From IMG/VR virus record IMGVR_UViG_642918906_000001, positions 32,001 through 96,000 of that record: DNA of 64,000 nucleotides, one strand, 5' to 3'. Positions 49,072-58,226 of the stretch are shown here, piece by piece; positions within the stretch are counted from its first letter, which is position 1; each line of letters opens with the position of its first letter. The position numbers were made by a program, and so were the translations under genes. The DNA is from a virus (lineage: Duplodnaviria > Caudoviricetes). The notes beneath the pieces were generated by a model. The model did no database searches. It was given only the letters and a program-made list of their open reading frames with translations, and had not been told where the DNA came from.

Positions 49072-49923
49072 ATGAAACTCGAAATTCAAGATGCTATTTC
49101 GTCACTGGTGTCACCAGAACAGCTGGCTGTGACGCTAGATGTCGTTGACACTTTACTAGAGCAGGATTATGTACTTGCTCTCGATGAGTTAAATACAGTG
49201 TTGATGATTGCTGATGACTATGCCGACTCAGCGATGCTGGTTGGTCGCATTAATGACATTCTCACGTATGCTCTGAACTATATTCTCAATGATCGAGGTG
49301 TTGTGGTTAGTGACGATGCGAGTCTTGGTATTCGACTGGCTGTTGTAAACACGTTACTATATATTCCACGATACATCATTCCTGATGACCTTGCTCACAT
49401 ATTCCAACAGAACTACGATGACGTTGAAACGATGTCACAATTAGTAGCCTTCTTCAGTACGTACCCAGTGGACGAATTGATGGAACATATCGAATCAGCT
49501 AGTGATGACGCATTGGCGTTTATTCGTAAGTCTATTGATGAACGTATTCAAGTAATGGGTGAATACTCCGGTGGTCGTATTCCAGTTGAGCGAATCAAGG
49601 TGATTAATAAGCTACTTCAAACCAACGGTCGTGAACGCTTTAGCATGATGCTTGAACTGGCTAATGCTGGTATCAGAGTTGGCCGCAGTTACGATGAACT
49701 TATCAATATTTCTTTTGAAGGTCTTGAATCACGTAACCCTTCTGAAGCTGCAAGTCAAATGGTGGGTCTAGCATTCTTCAGTGATCTACCATTGCAAAGC
49801 ATTTGGAGTAAATTAGATACCAGTTTGGACGAGTACACTGATAACCCGATGGAACGTAAACTAATGCTTGACGAGTTTACTGACATCAAACGTAAGTTGG
49901 GTGATGTTAATGAAAATACGTGA
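49072..49923 (+). CDS. Conserved acidic helical protein (phiKZ gp79-like by synteny)
   Basis: TATG upstream, precedes the vRNAP gene. Confidence 0.8.
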   Translation: MKLEIQDAISSLVSPEQLAVTLDVVDTLLEQDYVLALDELNTVLMIADDYADSAMLVGRINDILTYALNYILNDRGVVVSDDASLGIRLAVVNTLLYIPRYIIPDDLAHIFQQNYDDVETMSQLVAFFSTYPVDELMEHIESASDDALAFIRKSIDERIQVMGEYSGGRIPVERIKVINKLLQTNGRERFSMMLELANAGIRVGRSYDELINISFEGLESRNPSEAASQMVGLAFFSDLPLQSIWSKLDTSLDEYTDNPMERKLMLDEFTDIKRKLGDVNENT

Positions 49924-51247
49924 TTACTTTCTCATGGCCTTAAAAGATGGCATGGGGCGTAAACGAATCTGGATGAACTCTTTGGTTAGTGTCATTTACA
50001 ATAATGATGCTACGGCTGATTACAACTACAAAATTCACTATGAAGGCGACAAGGCTTATTTCTTTAAGCCAGGTACGGATACGCCAATTTATCTAGAAGG
50101 GTTTGTACCAGGTGAACCCTTCATCACTTTCCGCGATGAGTTCATCTTGCAACCTGGTGAGTTGGTTAACTATCCTGAAGGTGTGCCTCTCAGAACGTGC
50201 TACGGTAATGTGTTCTTCAATCAACTATGTTTGGTTGAACCTTTTGGGTCATTGATTCCTTTTGCAACCGGTACGATTGTACCCTCTAAGTTTGAAGACT
50301 TTATCCTCGAACGAATGATCGACGATCGTGAAGACGGCAACGTTACAGAAATGGCTCCAGACGGTAAGCTGTACGTTTGGCAATACCTCATGTTCTGTGA
50401 CCATTGTTTGGCTATTCCAGGTTACGCAGATGGTTTGGTTACATCAACCACCCGTAAGTCATTGCTTTCTAGTCCTGAGTGGCCAGCTATTCGATCAACA
50501 TGGATTGAAAAGAACAAGCATCGTCTGAACGACCCTGCTGCGGTTGCAGAGCTTTCGGTTATTGCCGCACAGGTTGATGCTGAGTGGCTTAAAGATGACC
50601 CGGCTTGGACCTTCTATAGCGCTAAGAAGAAGCTTGAAGGTGCACGTCGTAAAGTACACTACATGTTTGGTGGTGAATCTCCTTTCTCCGATGGTACGAC
50701 TGTTGAGTTTATCTCGAAGTCCCTCGAAGAAGGTATTGATACCGATCACATGCCTGTAATGAACAACTCGTTGCGTTTTGGTTCTTATAACCGTGGTTCT
50801 CAGACAGCACTTGGTGGTGAGTCGACTAAAACGATTTACCGGATGATGGGTACTTCCCGTATTATCGAGCAGGACTGTGAAACTTGGTTGGGTGTACCTA
50901 CACTTGTTACCAAACTCAACGCTAAAGGTCTGGTCGGTTACAGTTACGTTGTTGATGGTAAATCAATTGAGATCACTAAAGAAAACATTGATGGTCTAAT
51001 TGGCTCGGTTATTGCAATTCGTGGTCCTATGGTTTGCAAAGCAGGTCGAGATCGTGCGCGCGGTACGATTGGTAAAGGTAAGAACATCTGTGCGGTATGT
51101 GCGGGTAAAGACCTTGCTGAAAACCCTTACGGTATCCCTGCGGCAGTAGCTGGGGTTGGTGGTCGCTTCCTGATGGTGTTTATGTCTAAGATGCACAGTT
51201 CCACTCTGCGCACTGTGGAATGGGATATGGATGCACGGTTGACCTAA
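49910..51247 (+). CDS. Virion RNA polymerase beta' (middle) subunit (phiKZ gp80-like)
   Basis: Bridge-helix-like RFGSYNRGSQTALGG, DCET, RGPMVC...ICAVCAG, FMSKMH. Confidence 0.88.
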   Translation: MKIRDYFLMALKDGMGRKRIWMNSLVSVIYNNDATADYNYKIHYEGDKAYFFKPGTDTPIYLEGFVPGEPFITFRDEFILQPGELVNYPEGVPLRTCYGNVFFNQLCLVEPFGSLIPFATGTIVPSKFEDFILERMIDDREDGNVTEMAPDGKLYVWQYLMFCDHCLAIPGYADGLVTSTTRKSLLSSPEWPAIRSTWIEKNKHRLNDPAAVAELSVIAAQVDAEWLKDDPAWTFYSAKKKLEGARRKVHYMFGGESPFSDGTTVEFISKSLEEGIDTDHMPVMNNSLRFGSYNRGSQTALGGESTKTIYRMMGTSRIIEQDCETWLGVPTLVTKLNAKGLVGYSYVVDGKSIEITKENIDGLIGSVIAIRGPMVCKAGRDRARGTIGKGKNICAVCAGKDLAENPYGIPAAVAGVGGRFLMVFMSKMHSSTLRTVEWDMDARLT

Positions 51248-51310
51248 CCTATTTTATACATGGGGTATGGTAACGTACCCCTAACACATTTTTAAACAAA
51301 GGTAAATAAC

Positions 51311-52714
51311 ATGGCTAAAAACAAAGGCTTTGCAGCACTGGCTGCTTTGCAGACTAAATCTGTTCAAACTGAAACCGTGGAAGAAGTTAAAGAACCAACT
51401 AACGTCACTAACGAAGATGGTACCGTTGTAGTTGAAGTACCTGAAGAAACTACCCAGCCTACTTGGGATACAATCGATCAGGTTCCTGCTCTGTTTGAAT
51501 CGGCTGAAGATGAACAGGCTGATCAAGATGCTGAATCGGTAAGTCTACGTGGCTTGACCCCTGACATCATCCAAATGGATGAAGCTACCTATGCTCGTGG
51601 TCAAAATCCAATGGTTACACCTGTTGATGAAGTTCCTTACATTCAAACTGAATCCTTTGCCTCTGTATCTACTGAAACGAACATCGCTACCCAGCTTAAA
51701 GAAGCTATCGCTCCTGCTCAACCTATCTTCGACGCTCCAGTTGAAGAACCAGTTAAGCCAGCCTACATTCTGCGGACCATTGACCAATGGACTGACGCTG
51801 AACTCGAAGCTTACATCGCTGGCACTTGTGAAGAAGAAACTTATGTTGCTCAACTGAAGCAAGCCGTGACCGAACACCGTAAACGCTACAGTACTCTGGC
51901 CAAGGCTTGGACTGTTGAAGAGTGCCGTGAGTTCCTGCTCAACGGTACTGTTCCAGCTAAGACTACCAAAGGTACTTGGGTTAAAGACGTAACCCGTCAA
52001 TACCGTCGTGAACATGAATGGGAAACCAACGAACTCGAAAGCTGGGCGCTTGGTGAGATCGCTGCCGGTGGTGTAACTACTGATGGTGGTCTGGCTATTG
52101 AACTGAAATCGCGTTTGAACCTGAGTGTTCCAAGCGTTGACGTTAATGCAGTTATTACTAACTATCGTCACGCTACTGCACAAGTAACAGAAGCCCGTAA
52201 AGAAGTACGGCCTGATCCCGCTACCCCAACTGTATCCGAAGCTCAGATTGCCGAAGTTACCAAAACTATCCAACTCGAAGGACTTACACTCGTGAACCAA
52301 TCGTACATTGAATCTTCCCTTGCTCAATTTGAAGCTGTAATGAAAGTAGGTCGTGCTGTTTCTGAAACCCAAGGTGGTGATGCACAGAAACTTCTGCGTG
52401 ATGTGATGGTATACGCGATCCAACTACCTGATCCAGTTGGCTCCCGTAATGCAATGCAATACCTGCTGGATTACTTCCGTGCTCGCCGTGGTATCGGTCA
52501 ACTGTTTGAAGATACCTATGCCTTCCGTAATATCCCTGACATGCGTACCCCTAAGAAAGACCAAGTGGCTCACCACGATCTGCTGACCCTGTTCTTGGTA
52601 TACGCTGACCCAATGGTTGAACTGCGTGGTCAAACCGACATCCCTAGTCTGATCGGTAACATCAATCCACAGTTCCAATCCCGTGTACTTGAGTTCTTCG
52701 CTCGTCAGAAGTAA
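51311..52714 (+). CDS. Hypothetical protein with acidic N-terminus and W-x-x-x-E-L repeats
   Basis: 467 aa, biased codons, AAGG SD. Confidence 0.85.
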   Translation: MAKNKGFAALAALQTKSVQTETVEEVKEPTNVTNEDGTVVVEVPEETTQPTWDTIDQVPALFESAEDEQADQDAESVSLRGLTPDIIQMDEATYARGQNPMVTPVDEVPYIQTESFASVSTETNIATQLKEAIAPAQPIFDAPVEEPVKPAYILRTIDQWTDAELEAYIAGTCEEETYVAQLKQAVTEHRKRYSTLAKAWTVEECREFLLNGTVPAKTTKGTWVKDVTRQYRREHEWETNELESWALGEIAAGGVTTDGGLAIELKSRLNLSVPSVDVNAVITNYRHATAQVTEARKEVRPDPATPTVSEAQIAEVTKTIQLEGLTLVNQSYIESSLAQFEAVMKVGRAVSETQGGDAQKLLRDVMVYAIQLPDPVGSRNAMQYLLDYFRARRGIGQLFEDTYAFRNIPDMRTPKKDQVAHHDLLTLFLVYADPMVELRGQTDIPSLIGNINPQFQSRVLEFFARQK

Positions 52715-52718
52715 GATA

Positions 52719-52757
52719 CGACATATTGCCCAGCCTCAACGGCTGGGCTTTATGCTG
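52719..52757. terminator. Bidirectional terminator
   Basis: CGACATATTGCCCAGCC-TCAAC-GGCTGGGCTTTATGCTG. Confidence 0.85.
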
Positions 52758-53165
52758 TTATTTATTATGAATGTCCAAGTGCTCACGCCAATAATCAGCT
52801 TCTTCTGCAACGTACTCGGCTTCACTTGGGGTAAGTTCAAGTGTACCACTAGCAACTGCCATCTGAGCGTAGTAACACATTTTAGCAACGGATAGACTTA
52901 CATCGAGCATATTGGATTCAGTCATATCCAAGCGAATTGGCAATAGTTCAAAATCAACGCCACCTTGTTCTTTAATATCGTCACATGCTTCCAGTACTTG
53001 CGCACGAGCGTACAGATCAATGAACTCTTGACGAATGTAGTCTACATTACGTTGACCACGATGATTACTGAACAAACCTTGTTGTTGACCTTTCAAGACT
53101 TCTTTTGTAAGTTCAACTGATTCCTCAGCAATCTTGCTAAGGACATATTGCGAGAAAGACATCAT
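52758..53165 (-). CDS. MazG-like all-alpha NTP pyrophosphohydrolase
   Basis: EESVE...K and E-x-x-D (QEFID) metal-binding pattern. Confidence 0.6.
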   Translation of the reverse strand: MMSFSQYVLSKIAEESVELTKEVLKGQQQGLFSNHRGQRNVDYIRQEFIDLYARAQVLEACDDIKEQGGVDFELLPIRLDMTESNMLDVSLSVAKMCYYAQMAVASGTLELTPSEAEYVAEEADYWREHLDIHNK

Positions 53166-53458
53166 TATTCAATACCTTTATAGGCACACCATTCATAGGT
53201 GGTGAATACTGCTTTTAGCAAATCATCTTTAGACACGCTATTGATGAAATTGAGATGCAGTGTAGTGTTAGTGTGTCCAGGTGTAACAAAAGTAACCTTC
53301 TGATCGAACACATCGTGTTTAGCAATTAAACCATTACACCACTGACTACGATACTCGCAAATAAATACGTCATATGTACGACCTTCGAAGTCAGATGTAC
53401 CTGTTGCAACGTGTGACCTGATTAGAGTCATTTCATTTTGACAGCATGGACATTCCAT
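53165..53458 (-). CDS. Zn-ribbon protein
   Basis: CPCC...C-x6-C. Confidence 0.7.
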   Translation of the reverse strand: MECPCCQNEMTLIRSHVATGTSDFEGRTYDVFICEYRSQWCNGLIAKHDVFDQKVTFVTPGHTNTTLHLNFINSVSKDDLLKAVFTTYEWCAYKGIE

Positions 53459-53826
53459 TAGTAACCCTCATTCAACAATTCTGCCAAAGCCCGTGCTTGG
53501 CTAATATTAGTAGATGCAAACATGTCGCTTAAGCAATGGTCACGCAGAGCGGACACTGTAGCTAGCTCTCGCATGAGTTCAGGGTTAGCCTTAGCCCATG
53601 TTGCCCAAAGTTCTTTATAAGCGGCATACGTCGGATTAAAGCCTTCCAGGGGTGGTTTCCCTTTGGCGTCTCTCCAGTTGTTCGTATGAATCCGATAACC
53701 TTTACAATCTAACTGCCATGCTTCCTCAATAGTTCGCCCATCTGGTAGTTGTGCAAACAGTGCGCTAAAACGAGTGTCACCTTTCGATGAGCACTCGTAA
53801 CCATCATAGCGTTTCCACGTATACAC
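53458..53826 (-). CDS. NADAR-like protein
   Basis: RFSAL...GRTIEEAWQ..CK resembles the NADAR core LSNF...T-x-E-x-x-[YF]Q-x-x-K. Confidence 0.55.
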   Translation of the reverse strand: MYTWKRYDGYECSSKGDTRFSALFAQLPDGRTIEEAWQLDCKGYRIHTNNWRDAKGKPPLEGFNPTYAAYKELWATWAKANPELMRELATVSALRDHCLSDMFASTNISQARALAELLNEGY

Positions 53827-53837
53827 AATACTTGGGC

Positions 53838-55967
53838 TTACAACTTTGGGGATTCTACCTCAACTACTTCACCTTTAGACTTGAGATAAGCTTCCAACAG
53901 TTTATCCAACCGTGGGGCCTTGAGAACCTTCTGAGCGATCTCAATCGCGTTAGTGCGGCAACCGGTCAAGTTAACACCCAGCTCTCGTTTGGTGTGATCA
54001 GACACGCCTTGCAGAGCAGCTGTTTCCATGATCGTAGTTTCACGAGCAATGTTCAGGATCTGACTTACGTTTGGATAAGTCGAAACGATGTCCAAGTCCG
54101 CTACGTGAGCAAAGATCAAACTACGGTAGTTAGGGAAATCCTTAACGCACTTCAAGCCATTAGGACCAGCCATGTAGGAAGGGAGTGTTACAATCCATCC
54201 GTCATGACCTACCACGTATTGGTCGAGTGGGTGTAGCATCTGGTCCGAACTAGAACCGATCACACATGGTTCTTCACGGTTGAGATACCAGAAGTGCATG
54301 TCGTCACACAAACGCTTAGGGTTCGAGTTAAAGTTCTTATAGTCAGAAGACTTCGAGAACAATGTAATCGAACTGGCCAAGTCATTGATCTTCTCATCGA
54401 GTTGCTCTAGTCGAATGCTGTCGATGATGTTGTAAAGACCGTAACGCACTTTATGTTTAACCTGCATCTCACGGTGCCATTCGATCCCGAACAGATGATC
54501 AGTTTCTGCAAACTTCAACTTGCCGAAGTTCAGCTTAAACGATACTTTAAAGCCAGGTTGAACGTTAACACCCCAGATAAGTTGATCAACGTCGTCCCAA
54601 TGACATTCACGGATCTCTGTGATGTTATCACCTTCACTCAGGTCATAGATGGCCGAAGCATCATCGTCATCATCGAAATCCGGGATTACGTCTTCACCTT
54701 CCTCGTCCTCTTCAAGATCGTCTTCTTCCTCTTCGTCTTCTTCAACGCCAGAGTAGTCGACTTCAGTCTTGTAGGTGATGGTGTCATTGGCTGGGTTAGA
54801 CACAGCCCAATAAGGGTAACTACCTGAACGGTCTGCCATGGCCTTATTAGCCATCTTAATGAAAGCATTCAGGTCTTCTTCAGTCTTGATTTCAGCTTCT
54901 TCATCAACGCTCAGTTCTTTCTTAAGGATTGCGTCCAGTGCATAACTGGATTCTTTACCTTTAGCCAGACGAGTAACTCGATAAGTAGCCATGCTGTCAA
55001 TACACTGGAAGCTAGCTGGAGCTGTAACCCAATGCCATTGGTCTTCTGGACCCTTAGACTTGGTAACACCCGACGCAGTAACCTGCATCGCTTGGTCTTC
55101 TTTGTAATAGAACTTCTTGTATTCACGTGGAATACTCGGATCACTAAACACGTCAGCTGGATTAATCCCAGCATCTTCCAACGTCTTCAAGATCCGCTTC
55201 ATGTCGAAGTTGATGTTCCAGAAAGCAAAGAAGTCAGGCTTCCACATATGCAGTCGACGCATACACTGAATCACTACATCCGCCGAGGTCTCTACGACTT
55301 CAATATGAATGTTCAGATTACGAGCTTTCTTCAAAGTAACCAGTTCTGGAATACGTTCCAGTTCTTCAAGGGTTTCTTTAACTGGATCTTTAAGGTCTTT
55401 AACCCAATGCTTGAGATACGCAAGGTATACGTTCTCTTTGTGTGTAACGGACATACAGATGATCTGACCATCGTGCTCTGCTTCATACACGTTAGTCTCG
55501 ATGTCGCCACCAGCTACTGTGTTACGTGAGATCAGATCAGGGTTAGCCGTACGGTAATCGTTCTTCAAGCAGCATACGCTAGATACGTCACTGCCATACA
55601 GATAAGGACTACGTGAGAGTTGACGTAGTCTAGGGTTAGGACCCATTGAGTAATCTTTAAGTGCCTTAGCTACGGCAAATGGCATCTTAGACTGAGTTGT
55701 CTTAAACTTACGTAATTGACTAACGGGCATGTAGTCCCGTTTCTCTTTGTACGTACGAAGGTTCTCATCTTTGTAAGCCATTGGGTCTACGTAGAATGAC
55801 CGTTCGTAGTTAGGGATGATCTTAATACGTGGAATACGTCGCTTGTCCTTTAGATGGACAACCTCCTTAACTACGTGGATGTCATTACGTCCACCTTGTT
55901 CGGTTACATAGGTGATATGTTTGGCTTCAATGCCTAACACATCTTCTTTGCTAAACTCTTCGTTCAT
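53838..55967 (-). CDS. Split family-B DNA polymerase, 3'-5' exonuclease plus motif A subunit (phiKZ gp82-like)
   Basis: ExoI DIET, ExoII WNINFD, ExoIII YNIID, motif A DLDIVSTYP. Confidence 0.9.
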   Translation of the reverse strand: MNEEFSKEDVLGIEAKHITYVTEQGGRNDIHVVKEVVHLKDKRRIPRIKIIPNYERSFYVDPMAYKDENLRTYKEKRDYMPVSQLRKFKTTQSKMPFAVAKALKDYSMGPNPRLRQLSRSPYLYGSDVSSVCCLKNDYRTANPDLISRNTVAGGDIETNVYEAEHDGQIICMSVTHKENVYLAYLKHWVKDLKDPVKETLEELERIPELVTLKKARNLNIHIEVVETSADVVIQCMRRLHMWKPDFFAFWNINFDMKRILKTLEDAGINPADVFSDPSIPREYKKFYYKEDQAMQVTASGVTKSKGPEDQWHWVTAPASFQCIDSMATYRVTRLAKGKESSYALDAILKKELSVDEEAEIKTEEDLNAFIKMANKAMADRSGSYPYWAVSNPANDTITYKTEVDYSGVEEDEEEEDDLEEDEEGEDVIPDFDDDDDASAIYDLSEGDNITEIRECHWDDVDQLIWGVNVQPGFKVSFKLNFGKLKFAETDHLFGIEWHREMQVKHKVRYGLYNIIDSIRLEQLDEKINDLASSITLFSKSSDYKNFNSNPKRLCDDMHFWYLNREEPCVIGSSSDQMLHPLDQYVVGHDGWIVTLPSYMAGPNGLKCVKDFPNYRSLIFAHVADLDIVSTYPNVSQILNIARETTIMETAALQGVSDHTKRELGVNLTGCRTNAIEIAQKVLKAPRLDKLLEAYLKSKGEVVEVESPKL

Positions 55968-56191
55968 CGTAGTGCCTCAACATGAATAACTGTACTCTAT
56001 TAGGAGTGCTAGTATTGTTAACCAGTGGGTTAACGAATAAAGCAATAAGGATGTTATTAGCTTCGCTAATAGTTAATTAAGAAATAAAGGCCTTCGGCCC
56101 ATCCTATGCTCTTAGAGTAGTCTACATTAGATCAGCACTACCAGTATTTCTTAACACAATCTTTATGATTCCAATTAATTAGGTTACCAAC

Positions 56192-57469
56192 ATGCTAAAC
56201 AATACTATTTCAACAGAGGTGTTAGTCATAGGCGCTAAAACACCACTGGTAGACATTTGTCGTAATTACGTTAAGAAGATGCGTGCAGCATGGCCAGACT
56301 ACCCTAATAATGATAACCGTTTTAGTTACAGTAATAAACCATGGATTAATGCCACTGCTGAATTCGTAGATCTCATTCGTAAGAAGGTAGGACCTAGGAT
56401 CAGTATTGATGTATACAGCGGTAATGATTTCTTTAACATGGGTGTAACATCACAGATCTGGTTTATTGGTCATTCAGGTTCAAGGTGGTACGCTAAAGAT
56501 AACTATCGAATTACGGCTGGTAATGAAGCCTCGATCAAAGAGACATTAACAGTCGACCTACAGAACGTAACTGTTAAAGGTGAGTTAGTTGATAACCTGA
56601 CGTTTAGACTTTACTACACTGAAACAGTGATGTTTAACACTCAGATGTTCACTGTAGACGAAGTCGTTGCTGTAATGATCCATGAGTTCGGCCATATCTT
56701 CGATACATTCATGACTCTAGGCGACTACGTCTGGTTGAACTACTATCTCACTGATGGTATCGAGATCCTGTTAGGTAAGAAAAAGAACGTACTCAACATT
56801 GATATCCTTTCTGAGAAATCAGTAATGGCGATGGTCGATAGCGATAAAGATGCTGAAGCCTTCATGAATGAGCGTAATGAGGATACAGCAAAGCGCGTTG
56901 TACTAAGCCTACTCAAAAAGGCACCTAGACACCACCTGACTCAGAATGATCTTATTGCTAACCGTCGTGAAGAACAGCTCGCTGATCTTTTCTGTAGTCG
57001 TCTTGGAATGGGTAGACAGTTCGCTCAGTTTGAATTCAAAATGGCGAAGTACTTTAATGACCCAATTCTCAGTCGCACTAACTGGTTCGTCGAAACCGCT
57101 AAAGCTGTATTTGCTGTAGCGACACTACCATTAACTGTTTTATGGGTAATCGGACATGATCCTTTAAACGGTGGGTGGACTGGTCGCTATGATGACTCTA
57201 TCCAAAGATTAACAAAATTCCGTCGAGACTTGATTGCACAACTTAAGAGTCCCGGACCCCTTGATCGAGAAAGCATTGTTGAAGACATTGCCGTAATCGA
57301 TGACATTTTAAAAGAGTATAGCACTAACGTAAGTTTCTACGATAGTCTTATTACTTTCTTCCGTCCTAGTATTCGCAAGCAACAGCAAAATACTAAGATG
57401 GAAAATGATTTAGAATCCCTATTCCACAATGACCTGTTCTTACAGGCTTTTAAACTCAGTAAAATATAA
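56192..57469 (+). CDS. Virion (head) protein with an M48-like zinc-metalloprotease motif
   Basis: EVVAVMIHEFGH, EEQLAD; N-terminal S-x-E (ISTE) prohead-protease-type site. Confidence 0.75.
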   Translation: MLNNTISTEVLVIGAKTPLVDICRNYVKKMRAAWPDYPNNDNRFSYSNKPWINATAEFVDLIRKKVGPRISIDVYSGNDFFNMGVTSQIWFIGHSGSRWYAKDNYRITAGNEASIKETLTVDLQNVTVKGELVDNLTFRLYYTETVMFNTQMFTVDEVVAVMIHEFGHIFDTFMTLGDYVWLNYYLTDGIEILLGKKKNVLNIDILSEKSVMAMVDSDKDAEAFMNERNEDTAKRVVLSLLKKAPRHHLTQNDLIANRREEQLADLFCSRLGMGRQFAQFEFKMAKYFNDPILSRTNWFVETAKAVFAVATLPLTVLWVIGHDPLNGGWTGRYDDSIQRLTKFRRDLIAQLKSPGPLDRESIVEDIAVIDDILKEYSTNVSFYDSLITFFRPSIRKQQQNTKMENDLESLFHNDLFLQAFKLSKI

Positions 57470-57480
57470 GGTGAATCCCA

Positions 57481-57918
57481 ATGCGCATTGGTTTTGAAAT
57501 TGCCCGCTTTCTGAAAGATGTCCGTGCCCAAGATGGCGCTGACCGTACTGTACGTGCTACCATGGTAGCAAACGCCTTAGGCTACTTCTATCCAGTTGAC
57601 CCTGCTCTTAGTGCTATTGATAACGCTGAAGCCCATATGTCTGCTGCCCGTAAAGTAATTAGCCAAATCAATGAAAACATTTCTCTGGACACTAAACTGT
57701 GTCTGGAATTGTTTAAACAAGTTATGTTCATTCGTCTTGAACTGATCAATGGTCCAACGGATTCTTCGATCATTGAAGCCGCGATGCGTTCGCATACCGC
57801 AAGTCTCCATCAGACCTCAGCTGAAACGGTAGCTGTAACTGCACTGGTTACCAATCTTGAATTCGCTCGTGCCCAAAACGGTATCCGTCAAGTGCTGTCG
57901 AGTGTCGTAACCGAGTAA
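57481..57918 (+). CDS. Putative virion structural protein
   Basis: AAGGTG SD, structural operon. Confidence 0.7.
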   Translation: MRIGFEIARFLKDVRAQDGADRTVRATMVANALGYFYPVDPALSAIDNAEAHMSAARKVISQINENISLDTKLCLELFKQVMFIRLELINGPTDSSIIEAAMRSHTASLHQTSAETVAVTALVTNLEFARAQNGIRQVLSSVVTE

Positions 57919-57923
57919 AGCCC

Positions 57924-58226
57924 ATGAGCGATTACGCTAAGATAGTGTACCCAAGAATTACAAAAGGCTACGCTAAGTCGTTGATCGCAGAGGAACAGAT
58001 CGTAGTTAACGCCGAGATGTGTGTTGTGATCTGTATGGTCAGGTTGAATAATGGTCACCGACTGGTAACTGATGCGATTGTTGCGAATAGTGGTTTGTTT
58101 GATGCCGCACGTGGTACTCAAATCGCTCGCGATAAAATGATCTCCAAGATCATGGAACTTGAAATGTACCAGATGCGTACACGCCTGCATGACGAACGAA
58201 CTAAGGAGGTCACTGATGTTGACTGA
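57924..58226 (+). CDS. Phage_gp49_66 family (Acb4-like) protein
   Basis: ICMVRLNNG...FDAARG..IA......KI.ELE.Y matches the Gp49-family pattern. Confidence 0.65.
   Translation: MSDYAKIVYPRITKGYAKSLIAEEQIVVNAEMCVVICMVRLNNGHRLVTDAIVANSGLFDAARGTQIARDKMISKIMELEMYQMRTRLHDERTKEVTDVD

Noticed and set aside
54525-54912. Possible intein in the polymerase exonuclease subunit
   Set aside because: No C-terminal His-Asn followed by Cys/Ser/Thr and no splicing or LAGLIDADG motifs
56077-56154. tRNA gene
   Set aside because: Cloverleaf-like but lacks a correctly placed T-loop, a 7-nt anticodon loop and an acceptor end. Kept only as an ncRNA candidate
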